From contig BQXS01009781.1 of NCBI GenBank assembly GCA_024181965.1, positions 1 to 41,491 on the forward strand: 41,491 nt of DNA, read 5' to 3'. Under the pieces are notes generated by a model. It saw only the letters and a list, made by a program, of their open reading frames with translations, had not been told where the DNA came from and ran no database searches. Shown in pieces: positions 10,095 to 22,296 of this stretch (its first letter is position 1; each line of letters opens with the position of its first letter). The stretch comes from Aduncisulcus paluster. Lineage: Eukaryota. A program made the position numbers and the translations under genes.

Positions 10095-11588
10095 ATGTCT
10101 GATAATATTATTTGTGTCCTTGTGCAAGCTCCCCTTAGAACTCATCGAGGTCTTTTTGATCAAATCTGTAAAGCTCTTGCTGACAGTGCTACCGTTTCTC
10201 GGAGAAGCTCCAAGAAATTTTCGTTTTTTCCAGAGGCCATGGAAATCTCAAACATTCCACATTTTGTCTGTTTTAAAGTCAAAATCAATCCCCGAGCTTC
10301 CATTTCCCACCACTCTATTGAAAGGATCTTTTCGAAGAATGATTGTATAATTATTCCACAAAATGTAAAATCTTCACAATTTTATGAGGTGAAAGGATAT
10401 ACACACCACGATTTTAAGATTTTGGAGCGGAGGGGTGAAATTCCCACTTCTTGCTTCATTCATAAAGATCCAACAACTTCTAATCGTTTCCTCTATGGAT
10501 TTTGGGATGAGTTAGGGATTGGATTGGAAAGATTTCCTCGTGAACCTTCTAAATCTCCATCACATCGCCCCCCATTGTCACCATTCGTCAGTTCATCCCC
10601 TAGACACTCTACCTTTGATTGTTCTGGTGAAGATTCTTCTAGTTTTTGTTCTCCGACTAAAATAGGTCCATCTAGGGATAAAAGCAAAAGGATTTTTGGT
10701 GATAAACCTTCTCAATCTCCATCACCTCCACGAGTCTCCAGAATCCCTTCAATGTTTGAAATATCTTCAACTGGTGATGATTTTCCTTATCACTCATCAC
10801 ATGGTGAAAGATGTTATCCACGGAAGACCCAAAAGGCAGATTTAAGAACGTTCGTCAAAGTTGTTGATGATTTGAGAAAATGTTGCCCTTCATGTGTCTC
10901 TTCTATCACGGCTACTGTTGAAGATCATGGTCAATGTAAAATTTATGCCGATTCTCAGAAGCAACTGGATGCAATTGAAGCTTGTATGATCCGTATCAAT
11001 TCCCCCAATACCAAAATTAAACCGTTTACTTCTTCTAAGTTTTGGGCTGCAACTTTCTCCGGTGTAATTTCCAAATTCCATTTCACCCCAGGTTTCTTCG
11101 AAAAATGGTATGAATTGATCATCGATCACTTCAGATCTAAACGTAGATGTTCTGATCTTCCCCACGTTAAGATGACATGGAATAAGCAACTGAAATATTT
11201 CCACGTTGCCCTCTATTATGTCAACGAGAGGGCTGGAGAAATCATCCCAATCGACCCTGAAGATAGCAAACAGTTGAAGGAAAAGTTTCAACATGTTTCT
11301 GAGATTGACGTTTCCTCTGATACAGTCTCCAGAAGAATTCAAGAAGATATCTCTTCATTCAAAAATTTCTTCACTTCTCATACTTGTATTGGCATTTTTG
11401 ACAAGTACTTGGGAAAATCCATTGTATGGGGTCCTTGCAGCGACAAAAAGCGAAGAATTTTGCATCAGGATGTTCTCAGAAGTCTTGGCGAAGGTTATCG
11501 AACTCCTTCTCCTCCTCGTGTGCGTGGTGGCCATCGAAGGGGATCTGCCTCCTACTCTGATCATAGCTATGATGATATCCACCTTTGA
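10095..11588 (+). CDS. Hypothetical protein (~497 aa) with central Ser/Pro-rich linker
   Basis: Long ORF, first ATG at 10095 (ORF track starts at TTG 9951); no family recognised. Confidence 0.75.
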   Translation: MSDNIICVLVQAPLRTHRGLFDQICKALADSATVSRRSSKKFSFFPEAMEISNIPHFVCFKVKINPRASISHHSIERIFSKNDCIIIPQNVKSSQFYEVKGYTHHDFKILERRGEIPTSCFIHKDPTTSNRFLYGFWDELGIGLERFPREPSKSPSHRPPLSPFVSSSPRHSTFDCSGEDSSSFCSPTKIGPSRDKSKRIFGDKPSQSPSPPRVSRIPSMFEISSTGDDFPYHSSHGERCYPRKTQKADLRTFVKVVDDLRKCCPSCVSSITATVEDHGQCKIYADSQKQLDAIEACMIRINSPNTKIKPFTSSKFWAATFSGVISKFHFTPGFFEKWYELIIDHFRSKRRCSDLPHVKMTWNKQLKYFHVALYYVNERAGEIIPIDPEDSKQLKEKFQHVSEIDVSSDTVSRRIQEDISSFKNFFTSHTCIGIFDKYLGKSIVWGPCSDKKRRILHQDVLRSLGEGYRTPSPPRVRGGHRRGSASYSDHSYDDIHL

Positions 11589-12146
11589 GCTTATTCTTGC
11601 TTTGTGCTAGATCTCCTTTTTTTCTTCAAACTTTTGAAGACTGAACACTTCCTATTTCTTAGTAATGAATTAGAATCAGAAAAAAAATAACAAACCAACA
11701 ATATAAAAAAATAACAACCTCTAGCAAAAAAATTTTTTACTGAAATCTGAAAAATGACAGAATCAACAATAACAATGAATTAATAACAATGAATTAATAA
11801 CAAACCAACAACAAATCAAACGAACATATACATAATCAAAAAATTATATAATTAACAAATCTTACATGACATCTCAAAAAAAAAAAAAAAAAAAAAAATG
11901 GCATGTCATGACTTCACTGCACAGTTAATAATTGAATTATTATACTTGCGTCTGGTTCTAAACCTTGAATACTAAATAAACAAAACAAAAAAACAACTTC
12001 TTCAATCATATAAAAGGCAATTTGGCTGTTGTAATTCTTTCTCAGAAATGTCAGGCTGAGCCTGTCAGTGACAGCAATAATGATATCGAAGGCGATGTTG
12101 AGAAACAACGGTATGAATGATATAAATATGAAAAGAAGAGAAATGT

Positions 12147-12662
12147 TTCAATAAATTATTAAGATATGTAGTATATTTTAATGTCAATTCCCAGTAGAAT
12201 ACTCAATGAACACAAAAACATTTTCCAGCGATGAATTGTAATTATTTTCACACAAAAGCAATAAAATCAAATAAATGCACTGTAAGTAGTGAATCCAACG
12301 TCAAAAGATAAATTGGATTGAAGCCAAAACAAAGAAAGACTCAACTTGATTTACAAACTTTGTTCAGTTGAACTGAAAGGGGAGTTCAACTTTANNNNNN
12401 NNNNNNNNNNNNNNTTCAATAAATTATTAAGATATGTAGTATATTTTAATGTCAATTCCCAGTAGAATACTCAATGAACACAAAAACATTTTCCAGCGAT
12501 GAATTGTAATTATTTTCACACAAAAGCAATAAAATCAAATAAATGCACTGTAAGTAGTGAATCCAACGTCAAAAGATAAATTGGATTGAAGCCAAAACAA
12601 AGAAAGACTCAACTTGATTTACAAACTTTGTTCAGTTGAACTGAAAGGGGAGTTCAACTTTA
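12147..12662. repeat. 248-bp direct duplication flanking 20-N gap (12395-12414); probable assembly artefact
   Basis: 12147-12394 appears identical to 12415-12662. Confidence 0.9.
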
Positions 12663-12816
12663 AAAATAAGTTAGTTTTTACTCTAAAAAAGGGCTTTCCA
12701 ATGAGGGCTTTATTTTTTACTCTAAATTACATGTCCAAGGAATGTAGCATCAGAGATAATTGGGCAATATAGAATATTACCGCGAGAATTATTGTGTTCT
12801 GAATGACTACCTAATA

Positions 12817-14768
12817 TTATCTAACTTTATCACTACTATCAGAACCTGATGTTCCGGTTAATCTATCCAAATTGGCAAGAATCTTCTCGCGAATATCTTT
12901 TTTTGGAACAGAACTACCGACGCTTCCAACCTGCTCCCATTTCTTGTCTTCTTCCAACTCCCATTTCTTGTCTTCTTCCAACTCCCATTTCTTGTCTTCT
13001 TCCTTCCCTTTTTCCTCGATCTTTAATAATTCCCTCGACGTTTCTTCAACAACATCTCTGCAAGTGGATGTCTCGAACTCTTCGACAGGCTGGTCTTGCC
13101 CGGCTTGTCTCTGTGCATTCTCCACGGCATCCTTGAGGAAGTTCCTTACCTTAGGCTCCCATTTTTCAGAGAGATGGAGACTCCCAATCAGTTCTTTGGC
13201 CACGTTCTTGTAGGTATCAGTCTGGGGGTCATAATGGAAATCAAGGGTAACAATCTCATCATCTAGCTCAAGTGTAGTCTCTAGTTTCAACATATGACAC
13301 AACCTGGGCGGGGAATGGATGGGGGTTGGGGCACCAGTCTCGCTGTGTGACAAGGACGAATAGTCTTCATCTCCAGAACCATCATAACGTTCATTCTCAT
13401 CAACTGGTGCTGGGGAAATCTGCTGGGCCTCGTATATCTCTCTATCATGCTGTTCGAATGAGGTCTCTTCCGATGAATATTCTCCGGCATTCTCAATCTC
13501 ATCATTCTCATCAGGAATTGACCGAGGACTCTTGTGGGACTCTGTAGCTTTGTCAGTGGGGTCCGAGTGAAGATTAGAAGTAATGGGGGGACTGCGAGGT
13601 GACGAGGCTTCCCCCTTTGAGGTCAGAGTTCTCTTGTTCTCGGTAGCATCGTGCTCAGAAGACACAGAACCATCGAGAGATACAGCTTCCGTGCATTTCG
13701 CCCGAAGAACTTCTTCTCCAATTATAACTTTATGTGAACCCGAATATGAAGTGTCAACGACAGAGGAACACGTGGTGGATGGATCTCCATCTGAACCATG
13801 GTCAGTAACTGATTTTTTCTTTTGCAAAAATGGATGCTTAAGCAAATCTCGAGCAGAAGGTCGAGAAGTTACGGGTAATAGACATAAATCGAGAAAATCT
13901 TTGACTTCTGACCCTTCAGGGACATCTTTATAACAAGCTGGCATGATGCCTTTAGAAATCTTCGAATATACTTGATAAGGGTTGTCACATTCAGAATATG
14001 GAGTACTTTTGGTCACAATTTCAAGAAGACACATCCCAAAAGAATAAATATCAACCTTTTCATCGTAGTGTTCTTCAAATTGCTCTGGGGCCATAAATTC
14101 CGGCGTGCCGATGACAGAAGCAGCATAAGATTGAGTTAAATTAGTACTAAGTCCGAGATCTCCAATTTTAAGATCACCGGTACTACTATTTATAAATATA
14201 TTGTCACACTTAAGATCTCTATGAATAATTTTGGGTGAACGGGTATGCAAATAGTCAATCCCCTCAAGAATCTGATGACAATACTTCTTTACAAGTCGTG
14301 GCGAGAGAGGTTTACCCTTTAGAGTTTCAGAGATGAATTTATGTAACGAGCCTCCACTCATTAGTTCTGTGATAAAAATTAATCGTTTTCCGTCATCTTC
14401 TTCCCAAAATTCAACTAAATCAATTATTCTGTTATGCTCTACTGATCGCAACATCTCGATTTCCTTGTAAATGCGATCTACGTCCTCTTTTTTAAATATA
14501 GAAGTATCTATCTGGTTCCAAGCAACTTCTTTACCTTCCTCATAATCAATGGATTTATATACTTCTTTGTAAGCACCCCTCCCGAGCAATAGAGGTGGCT
14601 GGAGTTCAAAAAAATGAAATGAACATTTGAAAAATTGAGATAAAAAATTAATAAAGGATCTTATTACATTAAAATCTTGAAATAAACCGAATAATATCAA
14701 CATACATTTGATCTAGAAAACCTTGCCTGCATCTCAGCAGCATGGGCTTTAGAATCAATATGACTCAT
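12817..14768 (-). CDS. WNK: WNK-family Ser/Thr kinase, ~614 aa; 2 exons 14768-14706 + 14598-12817
   Basis: LGRGAYKEVYK (catalytic Lys in subdomain I), EVAWNQ (no Lys in subdomain II), FITELMSGG, IIHRDLKCDNIFIN, KIGDLGL, SVIGTPEFMAPE, PYSEC.NP.Q. C-terminal FHYDPQTDT..NVAKEL regulatory-domain-like segment. Confidence 0.95.
12934..13003 (-). repeat. 24-nt coding tandem repeat x~3 (EEDKKWEL) in WNK C-terminus
   Basis: ctcccatttcttgtcttcttccaa at 12934 and 12958, partial at 12982. Confidence 0.9.
14599..14705 (-). other. Spliceosomal intron (107 nt, phase 0)
   Basis: GTATGT donor, ctccAG acceptor; splicing gives MSHIDSKAHAAEMQARFSRSN-PPLLLGRGAYK, a WNK-like N-lobe start. Confidence 0.85.
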
Positions 14769-15513
14769 TGTAAAACGCTATCTATCGAATTTATATCCGT
14801 TTCCAGAGAATTGAAAGTTTGTTTATATTTAATTTTAGAAAGCTGTGGACGAAATGATCGAGTTTTAAATGATTCAACATTTTTTCTGAGCAAGATATCT
14901 TAGTAATTAATTCTTTAACTGTATCTAGCTTAAAAATAATAATAAAAGTTTTATATCATGTTGATTTCTCAATTTTGTTCCCACTGAGAAAATCACGAAA
15001 ACTATCAACATTGAACAATAAAAAATAAAATATAATATTATTTATTTTTATTTCTCAGGAATATCTATTGACTACTAAGGTAATATGACGCACTACACAA
15101 AATAATGGCAAGGGGAAATTGGCCATAATATTTGGAAAATAAAATTCGAAATCTGAATAAACAATGAAAGAAATTAATCCTACTTGAATGAATCATCAAT
15201 GCACAGCTGTTCTACTCGGTGACATTTTTGCACGAAGTCATTATTCTATATCTAAAATCAATTTTTCTGAATTAAAAATAAATCTTTGATTCGAGTACTT
15301 AATAGATCTATCAATTTTATTGAAATTTAAGCGGTTCAGCGTCGACAATGATTTTGGATTTCTTATCGTGTGCTATATCCATAGAAAATAACAAAATATA
15401 CATTATTCAAATTGTACATGGAATTATTATCATCATTATCTCATTTAAAATTTTCTATCTAGTAAAGAAAAATTCCGCAAAAACAAATTCCATTTGCATA
15501 ACTTAATAATGCC

Positions 15514-18500
15514 ATGCCAAAATCAATAATTAAAGAATATGATATTCCCGATGGTTTATTTGAAAATAAGGAGGAAATAATTCGATTCATGGAAGATTTA
15601 CCTAGTTTAGGAGATTTTACTGCTCCTTCTCCATCATTTTCTGATAGCAATGAGAAAAACCTGCTTGTAGTGTTTCCATATACTTCAAATACGAGTGTTC
15701 CAGTGTCGGATTCTTCGGCAATGATGCCTTCTGACTCCCTTATTGAACCTATTCCTCTGGATTCTCAGCCAATTCCGGCATCTCCTCTCCGTTCCTCTCT
15801 TTCCAAAAGTAGCTCAGTAAGCGATTCTCATGATTCGTCAACTCATTTATCGGTGTCGACATCTTCTCTTCCTTCTCCTCCTTCTTCAATCAATGAATCT
15901 CTTCCTAAACCATCTTTTGCATCCCCTTCACATTCTTTCAAATCTCCAACAATCTCTAAATCTCATTTATTAATACCGTCTCCAAAAAAGCGTTTATTCT
16001 CCAATATTGACTCTTCCATCAATCCAGATGATTATATGGCTCCTCATCTGTCTCCAAAGGCATACAACAAAGCTAAAAATGGCAAAATATCTCCCAAAGA
16101 CGTTAAAACAAGCTCAAATGGGGGTAAATATTATCATCACAAACCTAAAATGTCTCCAATTCGTGTTCAGAGATTCACCACGTCTGAAGAATCTCCCAAA
16201 TATCTTTCCTCCCTGCCTCCGCTTGGCTCTCCTTCTCTCTCTCCTCTTTCTGATGCTGGATCCCAGTCCTTGTCTCCTTTGACTCATTCATTCCAAGTCT
16301 ACCCTTCTTCTTCCCACTCCGTTGTTAAAGATCAACATCTATCGAATCTCTCATCCGATGCTGGATCTCCATCGATTGATATCAAAGAAGAGCACCGTTC
16401 TTCGAGTACTCAAAGCTCCGCACAACTCAAATTTGGAGACAAATCTGTTAGAGGCTCACCTTATAGAAATGCAGGCACACAAAAGAAGTTGGATGATAAA
16501 TCCCCATCAAAATCAAGACAAGGAATGCAGTATTCTATGAAAAAGAAAAGCGATAATATTATTGGATCTCCAAAGCGTATAAAACTTTCTGAATCTCCCC
16601 TTAACAGACGTTTCCCCTCCTCATCTTCATCTATTGATCTTTCTCCCTCTCTCTCCTCTCCTTCATCCTCTTCTCCTTCACTTTCTCTCTCCTCTTCTCC
16701 TCTGCAAAGTCACATTATGTCAAAAGGATTCAATGATCCTTCAAGAAGTGGTCAACGAAGTTCAATGAAGGCTTCTTCCTCAAGCAAACAAAGCAGAGGT
16801 CCAATTGTTGCATCTCCATTGGTAGAGCTTTCTTCTTCTCCTTCACTCCTCCCCTCACACTCTTCTGACCTTGTAGATGGAAACTCTGAATCATATTCTT
16901 CCCCTCTTTCCCATGATTTCGCATTGGGAGAGAAGTCACAATCGTCAGTACGTATGAGAAAAGGGACAAAAAATACGAAACCAGTCAAACATAAGCTTAA
17001 AGAACAATCGAAGAAAAAAACATCCTCTTTTCCTCACACAGTATCANNNNNNNNNNNNNNNNNNNNTTGTTGCATCTCCATTGGTAGAGCTTTCTTCTTC
17101 TCCTTCACTCCTCCCCTCACACTCTTCTGACCTTGTAGATGGAAACTCTGAATCATATTCTTCCCCTCTTTCCCATGATTTCGCATTGGGAGAGAAGTCA
17201 CAATCGTCAGTACGTATGAGAAAAGGGACAAAAAATACGAAACCAGTCAAACATAAGCTTAAAGAACAATCGAAGAAAAAAACATCCTCTTTTCCTCGCA
17301 CAGTATCAGTTGAAACTGTGATTAAGCGTAATCATCGAAAGAATATCCTCCGGTTTGCTGTTTCTCAGTGGAATAAGATGGCTAAACTTAGAATCGCTGT
17401 TCGATTTATCTTATGCTCCAGATTGGCCAGAGTTGTTCGAGAGAGTTTCACATTATGGAGATCTGGGTTGTGGGCATCAGTATTTCAGCAAAGGGAACTG
17501 AGGATGTATTTTAGAGGGTGGAAAAAAATGGCGATGATATCGAGAGTCGTATCAGGTCGTAAGTTTCAGCAAATACGTTGGAATTTGCACTTTAATCTCC
17601 TTCAGGATTCATTGATAACGTGGAAATCTTCTGCACTTGAAAATCAAAGGATTAGAATGTTGCATCATCGTATCAATAGGCGTGTGCAATTGGATACTGA
17701 ATGCATGGTACGTGATATCATATATGAATGTGCATCAAGAGCTATTTTTATCCCAACGTATGATGAATCCATTGTATCTGGTGAAAGAAGCGCCCGTATA
17801 TCTGGATGTTGGCTTAGAGAATCACCTGAGGGATCTTTGTGTGTGTCTTGTCTCATTCAGTGGAAGAATAGAGCTCTTGAAAGGAAGAACTGGAGGCATG
17901 AAAAGGAAAAAGAGGAGAAAATTCAACGTGAAATGGAAGAAAGAGAAATGGAAAGGAAAAGAAAGGTAGAATCGGAAAAGAAAAAAGAGCAAGAAAGACA
18001 AATTATGGTACAAAAGGAACTCAAAGCTGATATTTTTGCAAATAGAATGATTTTGTATCGCCATTTAAGACCTTGGAATCAATATGTTCAACTAAATAAT
18101 AGATATGATAGATTTACTCAATTACATCCTATTTTTAGAGCTAAATGGGCATTATTCATATGGAAACGTGAATACAAACGTGCACGGGGTCGTAAATCCA
18201 TCCTATTTCACGAATTTAAGTCCATTTCTGAAGACATATTCACAGCTGCGATTGAGCAGTGTAACACAGATTGTATTTGTTGTGGATCTTGGTTCAAACA
18301 GTCTTGGGAAGGTCGTCGAGCAAGAAATATACTTAAATTATGGCATAACAATTCTGTTAATGTTCGGAGAGAAAGAGAAGAGAGAGAGAAAGAATCTTGG
18401 TTGAAGAAAATGTTTGTTAGAAAAAGAATCCTTCGTCTTTGGAATTATAACACCAAATTATCCATGTGTTCGCGAAAAGTTGAGACATTACAACGAAATC

Positions 18501-20887
18501 ACGCATTTTATTCCTTACTTGATCATTGTACATACTCACGCAATATCAAATATATTACACGGCAAATTCAATATAATGTTCATCGGAGATTAATGAAATG
18601 TGCTCTTTTGAAGTGGCAATCGGTGTACGATCGTAATTTATGTATTTCTAATATCGGTGTCCAAGTTTCTCAATCACATTGTTCATTGCTATCTAAAAAT
18701 ATCCTCTCGGTGTGGAAAAGGAATTCACTCCGGAGTTCTCTATATCGTGTGAATAAGGGAGTTCTGGACAAGAGGAAATTGAGGAGATATCTTTTGTTTT
18801 TGAGGAAAATATTAAGAATTCGAATGAAAGAAAGAATGGACCAAATTGAGCTTAACAAGAAAAAGAAGGAAGAAGAGAAGGAAAAGGAGCAGGAAAAGAA
18901 GATATTTAAGGTTATTAGACAAGAAAGGATTGAGAAGGAAGAGAAAGATAAACAACTTATTGAGTCTGAACTTGAAGAGAAATCTTGGCAGAGAAGGAAA
19001 GAACTTGGAGAATCTTCACTGAGTCCATGGGAATCCACTAATCCCTCTCAGTCTGGGCATTCTTCCCAAGGCTATATACGTGAAGATATAGATGTTCTTC
19101 CAAAGTCTCAATCGCACATCCAATCCAATGCCTTTTTGTCTGATCATGGTCATTCTCCGCACTCATCTCCTGTGATGCATAACTCTCCTAAAAAACCCCA
19201 AGCATATCCCGATACTCCCTGCCTATCTCCATGCCATTCTCCATCAACTCCTTCTATTAGAATCTCTGAGTCTCCCTCTGTATGTTCCTCATACTCTCCT
19301 TCTTCTTCCACATCTGGTTCTGGATCGATTATCCCTACGAGAAGTATGAACATCCAATCACGGGAACAAACAGTCAAGGAATGTCTAAATAATAGAAGTG
19401 ATAATTATAATAATAGTAATAATAACACTGCATCCTCTCATTTGGTGTCGTGCAGTGTTACACAACCGACAACTTCAATGTCTACTCTACTACAACGTGA
19501 GTCAGATGGGTCAGTTACACGGTCTAAGAGAACATTGGAATATGTTTCACCGATTGAACATGTCCAATTCCTTCCTTCTCGTAGTCCCTATATGTTTATT
19601 GATGGCAAGAAGAAAGAATCCAGTACTGGTACGGAAATAGAAATTCCTCACACCGATCAAACTATTCCTCATTCTAAATCTCATTATTATGATCAAACTA
19701 CAAGAAGAGATACAAAGGAGCACAAAGACATCGTACTTCCCAGGCGATCTTTAAAACAACATTACCACGGTGGTTCTGAGAGTGTTCATGGTAGAGATCA
19801 TCTTGAAGATACCAATTGTAGAATTATATCTTGTAAAAATCCAAAACACCGAGGGTCAACAATCTCATATTCTTCTCAATCTAAAAATAGATATGGTTAT
19901 TCCAGATCCAAATCGTCTTCTTCCAAACCTTTAAATCATACACATGGGGATGGGGATGTGGTCTCTATAGTTGAGGTTACTCTTATTCCTCCTTTTCCAC
20001 GGGGGGCTTCTCTTACCACCAGATCAATATCTGCTAATGGCACCCGAGAAAGAGATTTGGAGAGTCAATCTCAAGCAATATCTATCAAAAATAAGCTCCA
20101 ACGAGTTAAATATGCACCTTCACATCCACATTCGAAAAGAACTCGTGATTACTCAAAATCTTCTTCTTCTTCAAAAGGTATTTTCAAACCTCCCATGATT
20201 ACTCAGTTCAAAAAAGAGATTCTTCCACTCGTTTCATCTCCCAAACCTGGCCCAGTTGTTTCTAATTCCGGTATTTTGGCTCATTATCTGGATACTAAAC
20301 CTTCAATCGAAAGTCATGTCAATCCCACTGAGAAGGTACTTTCTCAAAACATTCCACCTGAGAAAGAAGAAGGTGAGAAAGAAGATATGGAGGAGAAAGA
20401 AGATATGGAGGAGAAAGTAGGAAAGAGAACAAGATCTGAGTCTGTATCTGGTCGACTTGAACGTTCAAGTACAAATCCAGTATTGATTCAAGATATTCCC
20501 GAAGTTAAGCAACTCATTGATCGATTAAAGGAGCTTTCGGAAGGTCTTGAGAAGAAATCATCGCGTAGCAGGGATCACACACAAAAGAAAAAAAGACAGA
20601 TATCACGAAGACATGCAACGGTGAATGTTGATAATTCTTCTCCTGGCTCTGATCCAGTAGTTATGCATGAAAGACATTCACGGAGAACAAGAAGACATAC
20701 GCATAAGTTTATACCTTCGGATGGACATGATATAATTTCAGATATTCCTTCAATTCCACAGATAAGAAAAGATCACTTTTGGGTGAAGTGTCCTTGTCGA
20801 AGAGATCAATATTTGGCTGATAGATTAACAAGGGAAGCCCCTTCTCCAACCGTGGGATGGGGATTTGCAAGTAAATTAGGAAGTTAA
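15514..20887 (+). CDS. Large Sfi1-repeat-like (centrin-binding) protein, ~1703 aa after collapsing gap duplication
   Basis: Ser/Pro-rich disordered ends around a core (~17340-18830) with repeated L..(F/L)..W(K/R) motifs (RESFTLWR, RMYFRGWKK, QDSLITWK, CLIQWKNR, RNILKLWH, KCALLKWQ, KNILSVWKR). ORFs 15514-17130 and 17081-20887 merge across the gap. Confidence 0.7.
16805..17308. repeat. 242-bp direct duplication flanking 20-N gap (17047-17066), with one mismatch
   Basis: 16805-17046 vs 17067-17308; A17036 vs G17298. Confidence 0.9.
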
Positions 20888-21366
20888 CGAAAGATGATCT
20901 TGATTCCCCGAGATTTGTAATTGTTAGTATGATGGTATTACAATGTTGTTTATTTATTATTGACAGAAACTATTATTATTATTTATTATTTTGAAGTTAT
21001 CATCTTATTATATTAAAGGATTAAGAATGTTTTATTTTTTGGTTCCGGTTTGGTTTCAAATCCAAAAACTGGGAATTTATATTTTATTTCAAAATAGTAA
21101 ATTTGCTCCAAGCATAAATTCTGTAGAACAGCTAACATAATATCTTTGGTGAATATTAAACTATAATTTAACACAATAAGTGGCTTAAGGTTTTTGATAG
21201 TAAAGGTTTATTAAGCGATAAAATGCCATTTTTAATGCAATTACTAAGTCCTCAGTCCTTTCTAAGACTTAAATTGGTCCATCTTTAATATCGATTCAGT
21301 ATAAACTCATGACTTATTGGAATGTTGAATCTCCAGCATTCCAAGTTTGAGATGATCTGGAGAAAT

Positions 21367-22146
21367 TTAAAAATATATCTTGATTTCATTCTCAATTTTA
21401 TCAATAATAGAAAGTTCTGTTCGAGAAAGGGATAACGTTTTGTCTTTTATCCGTCGTAACAGCCCAGTTGTAATAAATCTTGTTTCAGTTGAATATCTAG
21501 TTTTAAAAGCATCAGAGGCTGAAGCCATATCACAAACATTGTCTAAACGATCACACAATTTAATTATTCTTGAGATTCGAGGCATTGAACTAAGTTTTTG
21601 CAACAAATATTCCCCTTGCAAATAGAATCGAAGAAAAGTAAAAAAAGTTAGATGACAAATATTCATTCCGAGACATAATAAAAATATAAAGGGTAAATAA
21701 ACAATAGATTGATAACGTTACGAAAAAAATACTGAAAAAAAGCTTCAAATTAACATACCTTTCCCAAGTTTTTCGATCAAGCTTTCATCACTGGTAAGAT
21801 CCATCACCATTGAGCAGACATCCTTTCCAAATAAGCGCATAATATCATCTTTTGTTGCATCTGTATCCTCAATTGTATCATGAAGAAGTGCGCTTATCAT
21901 TGATGACTCCATGAGAGAGTCAGGATTTGAAATTGATCCCTTGGCTTCAGCAAGGAAGTCTGTCATAAATTTGTTAACGTTTGTACAAACACGAATTGGA
22001 TGATTTACATATGGGGAACCGTCTTTCCTTTTCTGACCTTCGTGCTTCTCAATAGCATAATCAAGAGCAGCATGAAGGCTAGGAGACTCAATTAACATAT
22101 CTTTAATGTGAGATTGCTTCAAACTTGTTAGATGGTGGTATATCAT
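21367..22146 (-). CDS. HD-domain small alarmone hydrolase (MESH1/HDDC3-like, RelA/SpoT hydrolase-only), ~211 aa; 2 exons 22146-21759 + 21614-21367
   Basis: A.DYAIEKHEGQKRKDGSPYVNHPIRV, SALLHDTIEDTDAT, FG..V...V..LT, IKLCDRLDN. The phase-1 intron joins the two ORF-track fragments. Alternative start ATG 22098. Confidence 0.9.
21615..21758 (-). other. Spliceosomal intron (144 nt, phase 1, AAG acceptor)
   Basis: GTATGT donor; ctaac and pyrimidine tract upstream of ttgcaAG; restores KLGKGEYLLQK. Confidence 0.75.
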
Positions 22147-22296
22147 GAAAGATATAAATATGATATTGTGTCAAACCAGGCTTTATTAATATTTTGTTGT
22201 TTTCATCTTGAAAATCAAAACTTTAAAAATTTTAAAGCATCTTAATTACATTATTTGAAAGAATAGAAAAATTTTAAAAGTATTATTAAGGTATTG

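Noticed and set aside
12048..12080. ATG TCA GGC TGA GCC TGT CAG TGA as a selenopeptide
   Set aside because: Only 10 codons before TAA, no SECIS downstream, no homology.
12934..13003. 24-nt direct repeats as a CRISPR array
   Set aside because: No spacers; in-frame coding repeat (EEDKKWEL) within WNK; eukaryotic context, no cas genes.
14599..14703. ORF-track N-terminus of WNK (MLILFGLFQDF...)
   Set aside because: Intron read-through; the true first exon is 14768-14706.
21309..21350. SECIS element
   Set aside because: 15 nt between ATGA and the apical AA, mismatches next to the core, and no upstream plus-strand ORF with a plausible in-frame TGA.
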